Shown here: positions 11,308-21,129 of the stretch, piece by piece
How positions within the stretch are numbered: the stretch's first letter is position 1
Layout of the letters: each line of letters starts with the position of its first letter
Assembly (NCBI GenBank): GCA_963782525.1
Contig: CAWAKC010000010.1
Location: 169,119-233,118, forward strand
Direction of reading: 5' to 3'
DNA from: Candidatus Bathyarchaeota archaeon
Lineage (GTDB): Archaea > Thermoproteota > Bathyarchaeia > Bathyarchaeales > Bathycorpusculaceae
Length of the DNA: 64,000 bases
Translations under genes and position numbers: made by a program
Notes under the pieces: model-generated
What the model was told of the DNA's origin: nothing
Seen by the model: only the letters and a program-made list of their open reading frames with translations
Database searches by the model: none

Positions 11308-12366
11308 TTACCGCTTGCGTTTCTTGAAGTAAACCAGTAACCCTATGCCTATAACAGCTATTGATACTATGGATGCCGTGACTAATGTTGTTGGGAAAGG
11401 CTCTAATTGCTTAGGTTCAGGTGTTGGAGCAGGTTCTTTTGAAGGATTTGGTTGTTCTTCCATAAGACTTGTTGTCGGGTGAAGCCAAGGAAATAGTGAA
11501 GGGTCAAAAGAAATTGAAATAGGACTTGAAAGTGGCGATTTGTCAAAGATATTGCCACTGAATTCTTTGTGGGAGTTGTTCCAATAGTTAGAATATAAAT
11601 TGTTGTTAGAGCCTTCTTGGCAGGAGACTCCTATATCATTATTGATGAAATTATTTTCAAAAATATTATTATTTGAATTAGTGCCATAACAATAGACCCC
11701 TATTCCAACATTACTACCGTTGTTATTGGTAATGTTATTTCTGTAAATGTTAGAGTAGCTAATAGTAACCCACGCACCATGCCAACCGTTTCCTGCGATG
11801 GTATTATATGCAATATCCAGAAAACTTGAATCCGAACTAGCAAACCCCGAGAAGAAGTTATCGACTATCTCATTGGCTATAATGCTACAGTTAACGCTCG
11901 AAGACATACAAATACCTGACATTCCATTGCGTATAATGTTTTGAATAATAACAATATTTGTTGAATGGTCAACACTAATACTGGTGTAGCATTTATCGAA
12001 CTTTATGTTTCTGATAGTGATGTTATCTCTATTTGGGATTCGAATGGATGGAAACCAACCAGTTGGCGTCATAAGCCCCTCTGTGTTAACTACAGGCGGT
12101 TTCATGATTGAAAAACCATTTCCATCAATTATGATGTTATCTTTTTGGACTTCTATAGTTTCGTTAATATGCCTAACAAAAGTGTAGATATCTCCACCTC
12201 GCTGTATAGCTCCGTTTCCTCCTTCAATAGTTCCATTTTCTGTTATGTAAATTGGCTTTGGCAGTTCAGGAAGCGGGGTAAAATTTGCCCTTGACATAGG
12301 TATTGCTGATAACAACGTAATTGCTAATACTATTATGATTGTTGTTGCCAAGAGTTTCTTTGGCAT
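11308..12366 (-). CDS. secreted NosD/CASH right-handed beta-helix surface protein with C-terminal anchor
   Basis: Signal peptide, IYITENGTIEG, NIIIDGNGF, Asn-rich beta-helix repeats, Pro-rich linker, TM helix then KKRKR. Confidence 0.85.
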   Translation of the reverse strand: MPKKLLATTIIIVLAITLLSAIPMSRANFTPLPELPKPIYITENGTIEGGNGAIQRGGDIYTFVRHINETIEVQKDNIIIDGNGFSIMKPPVVNTEGLMTPTGWFPSIRIPNRDNITIRNIKFDKCYTSISVDHSTNIVIIQNIIRNGMSGICMSSSVNCSIIANEIVDNFFSGFASSDSSFLDIAYNTIAGNGWHGAWVTISYSNIYRNNITNNNGSNVGIGVYCYGTNSNNNIFENNFINNDIGVSCQEGSNNNLYSNYWNNSHKEFSGNIFDKSPLSSPISISFDPSLFPWLHPTTSLMEEQPNPSKEPAPTPEPKQLEPFPTTLVTASIVSIAVIGIGLLVYFKKRKR

Positions 12367-12630
12367 TTGACGTTCCTGAGATATTATGGGGTAGGTTTGT
12401 TTAAGTGGTTTTTTGTCAAACTTTCTTGCCTAAGGTTTGTCAAGATTTCTTGGCTGACAAAAAGTTAGAGGGCTGGACTTCTCGGAGTCCATTCTTTCTT
12501 TTCAGTTCCTCAGTAAGCCCGTATACTCGATTCCGACTATACCTATATGATTTATTTTTCTATGTATGTGCGGAACCGTGTCTAAGCTGATTAGAGCCTT
12601 TTTTTGCCTGCCCCTGCCCTACGTGAAGTA

Positions 12631-12672
12631 GTTGGTTGGTTGGTTGGTTGGATTAAAATTTAATCCAACCAA
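12631..12672. repeat. (GTTG)5 run overlapping a perfect 14-bp inverted repeat (12644-12672)
   Basis: ttggttggattaaa-a-tttaatccaaccaa; related half-sites at 10381-10400 and 14479-14498. Confidence 0.8.
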
Positions 12673-12698
12673 AAACTCGCTCCTCTAGTTGTAACGTT

Positions 12699-12980
12699 TT
12701 ATCCGAATTTCGCTAGCACTTGCCTTCCGAAGTCAGATATTTCGATGGTGTTGAAATCGTAGGGGCCATGTCTTTTTTCCGGGTCAGGTATGTCGATGAG
12801 CTTGGATTTTGACAGGTGCCTCACTGCGTCGTTTAGGGCTTCAGGCATCAAACCTGTTTTTTTGTGTAAGAGGTCCACCGTCACCAAGAGGCCTTTCTCA
12901 AATTGGGAAAGGGCTATAAGGACTATTTTGGCTGTCGGGTCAATCATGTCAAAATCGTCTTGTTCAAAATCTTCAACCAT
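12699..12980 (-). CDS. small winged-helix protein
   Basis: 93 aa; LHKKTGLMPEALNDAVRHLSKSKLI...ISDFGRQVL wHTH pattern. Confidence 0.6.
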   Translation of the reverse strand: MVEDFEQDDFDMIDPTAKIVLIALSQFEKGLLVTVDLLHKKTGLMPEALNDAVRHLSKSKLIDIPDPEKRHGPYDFNTIEISDFGRQVLAKFG

Positions 12981-13160
12981 TCAAAAACACCACTCGTAAC
13001 TAGGACAGTCTCACATAAAAACCATTTGAAAAAGCCCAATCGGAAAATAGCCGACAAAAAATGGAAAAAGGTTGCAGCGCCGTGTCCGCGGTTTGCAGGG
13101 TTATGGCGGGTTCTTGTTGAGGGTAAACTTCTAAGCACAATCTTTTGAAACCTTAAATAA

Positions 13161-13591
13161 AAACACACAAAAAAAATCGCCGACTCAATGGCTAACCAAA
13201 TAGGCTGTGAGGCAATAAGCCTAACAGCAGATAGCCCTCAACCAACTGTAGATTTGGATTTGTACGACTTGGTTTTGGTTGGAACAGGACTCTTTGCTGG
13301 AACCCCCAACGAAGACCTCGTGCGGTATCTGAGGAACCTAAATTTTAAAACCACCAATTGTTTGCTCTGTTCATAACTTGGGGAGGAACACCAAGAACAG
13401 ATAAATTGGCCCTAACAAGGCTGAGGACGCTTCTGGAAGGTAAGAGGCAGAAAGTGCTTGAGGACCATTTTGCATGTTATGGCGGCTGGAAAGGTATTCT
13501 AATGAAGAGGGGTCACCCCAAACCTGAAGAAATCAAAGCCGCCGGCGAATGGTCAAAAAAACTCGTTGAGTGTTTGGAAAAATCTATTTAA
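13161..13591 (+). pseudogene. flavodoxin-like protein, 5'-truncated and frameshifted
   Basis: NTQK/IADSMA remnant, YDLVLVGTG, then a frameshift near 13358 into FALFITWGG...GHPKPEEIKAAGEW. Confidence 0.7.
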
Positions 13592-13681
13592 AAAAATAAG
13601 AAACACGTACAAGATTAAAATTTAATTAAAAAAATAGCTACTTGGTCACTCAACGGGAAGTTAAGGTTAAGATATGTTGAC

Positions 13682-14149
13682 TTATTTGCTCAATCCAAGT
13701 TGTTGCATGAAGCCCACAACATCGTAGAATAATCGTTCTTCAACGATTTCGCCGTCTTTCCATGTGACAACTGTGCAGAATTCGAGTTTCGCAGTTTTTC
13801 CTGTTGGCGGAATCATTTTTCCGTCTGCGCCTTTCATGGGTCCTTTCATGGGTCCTTTCATGGTTACGGTCCAATCAGCAACGGTGCAGGTGTGATCTCC
13901 CTCGCCGAAAATGATCTTGTAGGGGTTGTTGGCGAGTTTGTTGTCGAATGTTTTGAAAAATTCTGTGGCTTCGACGTCGTGGTTGAAGCGTCCAACGGTG
14001 GGGAGAGGTTGGGCTGGCCAGAATACTTTGACGTCTTCTCGGTGGCGTTTCTTAAAAGTCTCCCAAAGTGGGCTGTTAGGTCCGGCATTCCAAGCATCAT
14101 CAAGAGTCTTCATAAATTCAAGATTTTCTTTAACACCCAAAAAATTCAC
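13682..14149 (-). CDS. SnoaL-like/ester cyclase (NTF2-like fold) protein
   Basis: DDAWNA, FGEGD, IPPTGK and WKDGEIVEERLFYD motifs; 12-bp unit repeated about 3 times at 13830-13864 (MKGP). Confidence 0.85.
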   Translation of the reverse strand: MNFLGVKENLEFMKTLDDAWNAGPNSPLWETFKKRHREDVKVFWPAQPLPTVGRFNHDVEATEFFKTFDNKLANNPYKIIFGEGDHTCTVADWTVTMKGPMKGPMKGADGKMIPPTGKTAKLEFCTVVTWKDGEIVEERLFYDVVGFMQQLGLSK

Positions 14150-14588
14150 CTATTCTCTATAATCCTAACCAAGCATAATAACCTTGTTTTTTCGGATAAA
14201 ACTTGAAAAAAACCTTGAGTGGCTGAGTAGAATTAAATTTATTCCGCATCTACCCAACTTCAATAAATTTCAGCGTTTTTCCAGTAGACTTATAACAAGA
14301 TTCCAAGAATGGATGAAGCATGAGATGTAAGAACTGCGGACACCTTATCTGGATTGAAAAGGAAGATGCCAACAGAAACCCGGTTTATAAACACAAACAA
14401 TCTAACCATAGCATGTACTGCCCCTGCAGGAAACCTGAACCAGCATAGTTTTATTTTCAACCGTTCATTTTTGTGCATTAAAATTTAATTCAACCAACCA
14501 CTCCCTTTACCAATTTAGGGTAATCGTATGGTCGGAATCGAGACTACGGCAATGACTCAGGATTCAGAAACCTTAAATCAAATTCGCT

Positions 14589-15293
14589 TTGATACAAATG
14601 AAACCTATTGTGAAATATTCTACTCTAATTTTCGGATTCATCGCAACTTTGGGAATTGCATTACTCACATTTTTCCTAACGGCTGCATATTTGGCATGTA
14701 CTTATTCATCTGAAATCTTAACGCTCGAAGCTCTAGTACCAAGTTCAATTTTAGGACATTTTTGGGTGCTCTTTTTAATCTTTGGAACAGGCTTTTTGAT
14801 GGTTGGAATATTGGGCATTGGAAGGCAACGCATAAAGAATAAGAGGACACTTTTTACGGTACTTACGGTTGCATTGACTCCAATTCTAGTTTTTGCCTTG
14901 TTTTTTTCAGTGGTTCTTGCCACTACCTATCCCGTATTAAGCGATCCCCCAGAAAGGATGGCTATAATCAACGTTTCATTAATTTCTACTAATCCTCTCG
15001 TTATCTCGCTCGACGCAAAATCATTCTACATGGCTGACATATGGTTTGACTATGCATGCGTCAAAGACTGCAATCAAACCACGGTAGGGTCAATTATAGG
15101 TGAAATGGTTGAGGCTCAAAAGCCAAATAGCACACCATATTGGACATTTCAATTTGCAGCTCGATTACCCGCTGCATCAGAAAAGATACTGACTCTAAAT
15201 TTCAACACTACGCTGCCTTCAGGAGAGTACAGTGTATGGCTTCACAGTTATAGACAAAGTACATTCACTACTCTTTATTTCAGCATACCATAA
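14589..15293 (+). CDS. membrane protein (3 TM helices plus an Ig-like tail)
   Basis: Three hydrophobic segments followed by a beta-rich LPSGEYSVWL domain. Confidence 0.65.
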   Translation: MIQMKPIVKYSTLIFGFIATLGIALLTFFLTAAYLACTYSSEILTLEALVPSSILGHFWVLFLIFGTGFLMVGILGIGRQRIKNKRTLFTVLTVALTPILVFALFFSVVLATTYPVLSDPPERMAIINVSLISTNPLVISLDAKSFYMADIWFDYACVKDCNQTTVGSIIGEMVEAQKPNSTPYWTFQFAARLPAASEKILTLNFNTTLPSGEYSVWLHSYRQSTFTTLYFSIP

Positions 15294-15431
15294 CTCCAAA
15301 CTCATTAAGAGATAATGATGATGGTGATGATGCAAACCAATTTTGTATAACAGTGTCATCTATCAGAATTAAACACAAATTATACAATTTAGCCCTCTTG
15401 CTAAATTTAAAATTGGATAAAAACTTTGGGA

Positions 15432-18023
15432 TTATTTATTTTTGAATATGAGTTGACCGTTTTTTTCATCCACGATAATCGTTGTGTCTTTGTTGACTTT
15501 TTCAGATAACATCATCTTTGAAAGTTCGTTTAGGATGTCTTTTTGGATAACACGTTTTATTGGTCTGGCGCCGAATTGAGGATCAAATCCAACATTGGCA
15601 ATGTAGTCTATGGCTTTTTTGGTGGCTGAAAGTTTTATGTTGTTTTTTTCAAGCATTTGCTCAACTTGTCGTAGCTGCAACTCCACTATTTTCCGAATTT
15701 CCTCTTGGGTGAGGGGTTGAAACATAATTATTTCGTCGATTCGGTTGAGGAATTCTGGTTTGATGCTTTTCTTGAGTAACTCAAAAACTTGCTCTTTGGT
15801 TTGATTTAGGATGTGCTCTCGGTTTTCAGATGTAATTTTTTCCAGGTTTTCTTGGATGAGGTGGGAGCCTATGTTTGACGTCATAATGATGATGGTGTTT
15901 TTGAAATCGACTGTTCGACCTTTATTATCAGTCAATCGACCATCATCGAGAACCTGCAGTAAAATATTGAAAACATCCGGATGGGCCTTCTCGATTTCAT
16001 CAAGCAAAACAACAGCGTAAGGCTTTCTTCGCACCGCTTCAGTTAACTGTCCGCTTTCTTCATAGCCAACATAACCCGGCGGGGCACCCACAAGCCGAGA
16101 AACGGTATGCCGCTCCTGATACTCCGACATATCAATCCGAACCATATTGTTCTCGTTGTTGAATAGAAACTCTGCTAAAGCCTTGGCTAATTCAGTTTTT
16201 CCAACCCCAGTGGTACCTAAGAAAATAAAAGACCCAATTGGGCGCTTAGGATCTTGCAGGCCAGCGCGACTCCGCCGCAACGCATCAGAAACCGCTTGGA
16301 TTGCTTCATCCTGCCCAACAACCCTCATGTGAAGCTCAGTTTCTATGTTTAGCAGCTTTTGCTTCTCAGTCTGTAGCATACGACTAACAGGAATTCCCGT
16401 CCAGCAAGAAACAACCTCAGCAATTTCCTCCCCACCTACCTCTTCATTTACCAGCGCTGAATCCTTCTGTAACTCTGTTAATTTTTTCTTCAAATCCTCA
16501 ATCGCTTTAGTCGCATTGGGAATTCTGCCATACCGAATCTCGGCAACCCTTCCAAGATCGCCCCGACGGTTAGCATTTTCCTCTTCAAATTTTAACTGTT
16601 CAATCTCATTTTTCTTTGCTTGAATCTGATCAACAATTTCTTTCTCAGCATGCCACTTTGCCCGTAAACTATTGCGTTGCTCAGTTAAATTTGAGATTTC
16701 CTGATTTAGCGACTTGAGCTTAACTTCATTTTTTTCTTGTTTGATGGCTTCACGTTCAATTTCCAACTGCCGAATCTTCCGATCAACATCCTCAAGTTCC
16801 TGAGGCTCAGAATTGATTTCAAGCTCCAACTTAGAAGCCGCTTCATCAATCAAATCAATCGCTTTATCGGGCAGAAAACGCTCAGTAATATACCGAGAAG
16901 ATAACTCAGCAGCTGCAATTATTGCATCATCTCTAATTCGAACGTGATGATACACTTCGTAACGCTCTTTTAAACCTCGAAGGATAGAGATGGTGTCCAA
17001 AACATTAGGTTCATTAACCATAACAGGCTGAAAACGTCTCTCTAAAGCCTTGTCTTTCTCAAAATACTTCTGATATTCCTTCAAAGTCGTTGCACCAATA
17101 GCACGCAACTCGCCTCGCGCCAACGCAGGCTTAAGAATATTAGCCGCATCCATAGCGCCCTCGCCGCCGCCTGCCCCAACAAGCGTATGAATCTCATCGA
17201 TGAAAAGCAAGATATCACCCTCTGCTCCCACGACTTCCTTAATTACACTCTTCAAACGCTCCTCAAATTCTCCCTTGTACTTGGCACCAGCAATCAAAGC
17301 ACCCATATCAAGAGAAAAAACCTGCTTTGACTTCAAATTCTCAGGAACATCACCATTAATTATGCGCTGAGCAAGGCCCTCAACGATAGCTGTTTTACCC
17401 ACACCCGGCTCGCCGATCAATATAGGATTGTTCTTTGTCCGTCTAGACAGAATCTGAAGAACCCGCCGAATTTCACTGTCACGGCCTATAACTGGATCTA
17501 ATTTTCCAGCCTGAGCCATACTGTTTAAGTTGATGGCGTACTTGTTGAGGGCATTGTAAGTTTCTTCTGCAGTCGCCGAATTAACAGAAGACCCCTTACG
17601 CAACTGACTAATCGCAGACTTGAGATCTTTTTCATTAACACCACTACTTTTGAGCAAACGCGAAGCAGAATCATTCAACGACAATATAGCCAACAACAAT
17701 TGCTCTATCGAAACAAACTCATCCTTAGCAGCCGAAGCCAACTCTTGAGCCTTATGAACTGCCTTATTGGAATTTGATGAAAGATACTGTTCTCCCCCGC
17801 TAACTTTAGGTAAAGAATCAATTTCCTTATCAAGCAACCCTGAGAAAGAGTCAGAGTTGACACCAAGTTTTCTAAGCAAGAAAGGAACCACATTCTCATC
17901 AACAAGCAAGATCCCCTTTAGCAAATGAAGCGGCTCAACAGCCTGATTGCGACCTACAGAAGCAATTTCTACAGCCTTCTGAATAGCTTCCTGCGATTTA
18001 ACCGTAAAATTATTCAAACTCAT
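15432..18023 (-). CDS. clpB: ATP-dependent disaggregase ClpB (bacterial type)
   Basis: Clp N-repeats, NBD1 GEPGVGKT/LFIDEIH, coiled-coil M-domain (AEIRYG), NBD2 GTTGVGKT/LLDEIEKAH and FGARP. ATG at 18023 (MSLNNFT) preferred as start. Confidence 0.97.
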   Translation of the reverse strand: MSLNNFTVKSQEAIQKAVEIASVGRNQAVEPLHLLKGILLVDENVVPFLLRKLGVNSDSFSGLLDKEIDSLPKVSGGEQYLSSNSNKAVHKAQELASAAKDEFVSIEQLLLAILSLNDSASRLLKSSGVNEKDLKSAISQLRKGSSVNSATAEETYNALNKYAINLNSMAQAGKLDPVIGRDSEIRRVLQILSRRTKNNPILIGEPGVGKTAIVEGLAQRIINGDVPENLKSKQVFSLDMGALIAGAKYKGEFEERLKSVIKEVVGAEGDILLFIDEIHTLVGAGGGEGAMDAANILKPALARGELRAIGATTLKEYQKYFEKDKALERRFQPVMVNEPNVLDTISILRGLKERYEVYHHVRIRDDAIIAAAELSSRYITERFLPDKAIDLIDEAASKLELEINSEPQELEDVDRKIRQLEIEREAIKQEKNEVKLKSLNQEISNLTEQRNSLRAKWHAEKEIVDQIQAKKNEIEQLKFEEENANRRGDLGRVAEIRYGRIPNATKAIEDLKKKLTELQKDSALVNEEVGGEEIAEVVSCWTGIPVSRMLQTEKQKLLNIETELHMRVVGQDEAIQAVSDALRRSRAGLQDPKRPIGSFIFLGTTGVGKTELAKALAEFLFNNENNMVRIDMSEYQERHTVSRLVGAPPGYVGYEESGQLTEAVRRKPYAVVLLDEIEKAHPDVFNILLQVLDDGRLTDNKGRTVDFKNTIIIMTSNIGSHLIQENLEKITSENREHILNQTKEQVFELLKKSIKPEFLNRIDEIIMFQPLTQEEIRKIVELQLRQVEQMLEKNNIKLSATKKAIDYIANVGFDPQFGARPIKRVIQKDILNELSKMMLSEKVNKDTTIIVDEKNGQLIFKNK

Positions 18024-18320
18024 GCTAACCACCAAAATTATTGGTAAGTCGACTAAACTCTACAAAACCAGAAATGATTTCCCCCAATTAAAGTTTTAGG
18101 CAAAAACCACAAAAAAACTGGATACTAAAAAGCCATCCAGCATCACAATCCTGATGCTTTCTTTTAACTTCAAGATGGTTGATAGTTCGCTTCTTCCACC
18201 AATTAACTAACGTTCGCGTTAAAAAATTAGCCAAGTTAAAAGAAGAAAAAACTGGTCTATATATAAGACGTTTTTTTCCTTAAAAGAATCCTTATATGCC
18301 ATTTTCTGTAGTAGGCTTGC

Positions 18321-18788
18321 ATGGCAGAACCAAAAGATGGTCGACCTATTTTCTTCCCTAAAAAATTAGTTTTGCTCGGCAATCTCGCCCTTTTTGTGTG
18401 GATTGTTCTTGACGCAGTCGCCTTTCTACTATTTGATTTAACGGTTGGCATTGTGTTTCTTTTGGCGACGCTGATCTTAATTTATGGTTTACTGCACATT
18501 CTCGGTTGTCTGCGACCATGCTACAACTGCATAAAATGCACTCACGGCATGGGACGCCTGGCTGCATTGTACTTTGGCAAACGCATCTTCAAAGACTACA
18601 AATACAGCTACAAACTGCCCACAGCAATATTCTTCACTCTATATATTGGGGCGTTTCCAGCAGCATTCGCACTCTACTCAGCAGTCATAGATTTCACAGT
18701 CGTCAAAGTAGCGATTTTTGTGGTTCTTTTGGTGTTTACAATCTATAGCGCCTTAACCTGGCAAACCAAAAAACGCTCGAGCCCATAG
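18321..18788 (+). CDS. 4-TM membrane protein with a CxxxCxxCxxC cluster
   Basis: Hydrophobic helices flank GCLRPCYNCIKC. Confidence 0.65.
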   Translation: MAEPKDGRPIFFPKKLVLLGNLALFVWIVLDAVAFLLFDLTVGIVFLLATLILIYGLLHILGCLRPCYNCIKCTHGMGRLAALYFGKRIFKDYKYSYKLPTAIFFTLYIGAFPAAFALYSAVIDFTVVKVAIFVVLLVFTIYSALTWQTKKRSSP

Positions 18789-18840
18789 AGACAAAATTTT
18801 CACTGAAGCTGCAAATCCATAACTTGAAAACATGACGTTT

Positions 18841-19296
18841 CTATGCTAATTTTGCTCCGCAATTAATGCATTTGGAAGCGTCGGGTTGATTTTTGGTTCC
18901 GCAGTATGAGCAGATTATCATAGCTGGAGTTGTTTCTTTAATTAACGCTTGGGTTTGAGCTTTGTAGATGTTGTCTCTTATTGTTCTGTAGGCTTTTTCT
19001 GCGTCATCTTTAGGTACATCGATTAGTATTAGCTGTGGTGCTGCGGATTTGAAGGTGCATCTGATTGTTGAACGCAGTATTCCCTTGTCTATGATTACAT
19101 TTTCAAAATCTAAGTAGTTGTAGTCAGTGAAGTCTTTTTTTAATCCGAGTGCGTGAGGATGGCGCAAGATTACTCTCTGGTTGGTTATAACGACCGAGTC
19201 AATGTCAATCGCGAGATGGTAAAACTTTTGTTTAATGTAGAGTTCAATGGTCTCGTTAGGATCAAGTATATCTTTCATATCATCAGGAGTCGCCAT
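18841..19296 (-). CDS. bacterial PH-domain protein with C-terminal zinc ribbon
   Basis: LDPNETI, VVITNQRVI, KGILRSTI; CSYCG...CINCG. Confidence 0.8.
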   Translation of the reverse strand: MATPDDMKDILDPNETIELYIKQKFYHLAIDIDSVVITNQRVILRHPHALGLKKDFTDYNYLDFENVIIDKGILRSTIRCTFKSAAPQLILIDVPKDDAEKAYRTIRDNIYKAQTQALIKETTPAMIICSYCGTKNQPDASKCINCGAKLA

Positions 19297-19515
19297 AAAT
19301 CATCAACCAATTTTAAAAAATCTTGACAATTATTTATTTCATGAATAAATACGGGAATATAAACGATTTTATTAACTGGCTTAGATTAAGTTTTCAAAAA
19401 ACAAAATAAAGTACCTTCCTGATTTTCTTGGCAGCTATCAAGGAACCACCAACAGAATTTAGGAAAGACTTTAATAATTTACCAGTTTAAGACATTCAAG
19501 GTCGTTTCTTTTTCG

Positions 19516-20940
19516 ATGCGCAAATTGAATACAAAACAACCCAATGAACCAAATCCACTTGCATCTAAAAACCAGACAACTGAGCAATTAAACCACCAAG
19601 AACTAGCCCAATCAATACTTTCACCGTTTATCCACCTATTCAACATTAATGAAACGACGAAGTGCCTTTTCAACTCTTTAACTCTAAAAAAAGTATACTT
19701 AACCAATGATATGTACGCTAAGCTTTTAACAGATCTAAGTTTGGGAAACCGCAGTAAAGACGTTGAAAGTTTAATCGATCTGAAATTTATAGTGCCTCGA
19801 GGTTTTGATGAGATAAAAGTGTTTGACAGCATTGCAAACAGCGTGCTCAGAAAAAAACCTTCAACCAACCTTGCATACATTTTGGTAACGGACTTTTGCA
19901 ACTTCAGATGCGGTTACTGCTTCATTGAAAACTCTCTAAAAGGGCCAAGCATTTCAATGTCTAAGGATTTGGCAGATAAAGTCATAAACGTTCTGATCAA
20001 CGAAGCAAAACAAGTCCCAGAATACAGAGTCACATTTTATGGAGGAGAACCATTCAGCAACAGCGAAATCGTCTTCCACATCATCGAAAAACTTGAGCAG
20101 GCAGCTAAAGACAAATTCAAATTTTCCTGCGTCACCAACGGAAGTCTAGTAACCGAAGATTTAGCTAAAAAACTCAAACAACACAACGTTACAGTAGGAT
20201 TATCGCTTGACGGATGGGCCAACATCGACAAAAACCGTGTGTTTACCAATGGAAAAGAAACCTTTTACTCAGCACTTAAAGCGTTAACGCTCTTAAAAGA
20301 AGCCGAAGTAAATGTGGGAATATCATGCACAATCACAAAACAGAACTACCAATACGCAGAAGAAGTAGTTGAATTTATCCAAAAATTAGGAATCAGAACC
20401 ATAGGGTTCAATTTGTTAACTAGACTCAAAGAGCCAAGCGAATATGAAGTTCCAGACCCAAAACAACTCGCCCACCACCTCTTTAACGCATACTTAAAAG
20501 CAAACGACTTGCACATGTTTGAAGATCGCATAGGGAATCGGCGAGCAAATTATTTTTTCAAAGAAATATTTCATTTGTACGATTGCCCCGCGTTTGGTCA
20601 ACTAATATTTTTTTCACCAGCTGGAACAGTTGGACCTTGCCACGCGTTCTATCCGTCAGGAAAATATCAAATTCCAATTAAAGATAATTTGAAAGTCCCA
20701 GAAGAACCATTGTTTTACAAATGGTTGGAACTTGGCACCCTAAAGAATAAAGACTGCATGAGGTGTCCTGCCATCGGAATTTGCGGAGGAGGATGCGCAT
20801 ACGATATATACGTTAAAACAGGTCAACTTGGCATCAAAGAAGACTATTTTTGCACCTTTCAAAATGAAATACTCAAGCTCCTTCTATCCTACAATTTCCT
20901 GATGACCCCTCAAAATAAGCGCAGAAAAACGAAAAGTTGA
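19516..20940 (+). CDS. radical SAM/SPASM peptide maturase with probable N-terminal RRE-like domain
   Basis: CNFRCGYC, FYGGEP, TNG, LSLDG; SPASM ligands CPAF...GPC...CMRCPAIGICGGGC...FC; N-terminal LFNSLT...LIDLKFIVP segment. Confidence 0.92.
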   Translation: MRKLNTKQPNEPNPLASKNQTTEQLNHQELAQSILSPFIHLFNINETTKCLFNSLTLKKVYLTNDMYAKLLTDLSLGNRSKDVESLIDLKFIVPRGFDEIKVFDSIANSVLRKKPSTNLAYILVTDFCNFRCGYCFIENSLKGPSISMSKDLADKVINVLINEAKQVPEYRVTFYGGEPFSNSEIVFHIIEKLEQAAKDKFKFSCVTNGSLVTEDLAKKLKQHNVTVGLSLDGWANIDKNRVFTNGKETFYSALKALTLLKEAEVNVGISCTITKQNYQYAEEVVEFIQKLGIRTIGFNLLTRLKEPSEYEVPDPKQLAHHLFNAYLKANDLHMFEDRIGNRRANYFFKEIFHLYDCPAFGQLIFFSPAGTVGPCHAFYPSGKYQIPIKDNLKVPEEPLFYKWLELGTLKNKDCMRCPAIGICGGGCAYDIYVKTGQLGIKEDYFCTFQNEILKLLLSYNFLMTPQNKRRKTKS

Positions 20941-21129
20941 AAACTTTCATCTCCAAACAGCAAGAAACCCGCGACCAAGCTAAATCAAAAAAGCCCGGCA
21001 AACAATTGCCAATCTACCAATGTAATAAATGAAAAAGACATGCACACTTTTGACCTTAACTTTGCGCCAGATTAATTTTTACAATAAATATAAATATTGT
21101 TACTCACTACAACAATGTAGTGATTGTTT

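Noticed and set aside
13830-13864. 12-bp triple repeat (MKGP) in the SnoaL-like gene and the 18-bp duplication at 8551-8586
   Set aside because: DNA-identical in-frame slippage duplications with no sign of a wider system.
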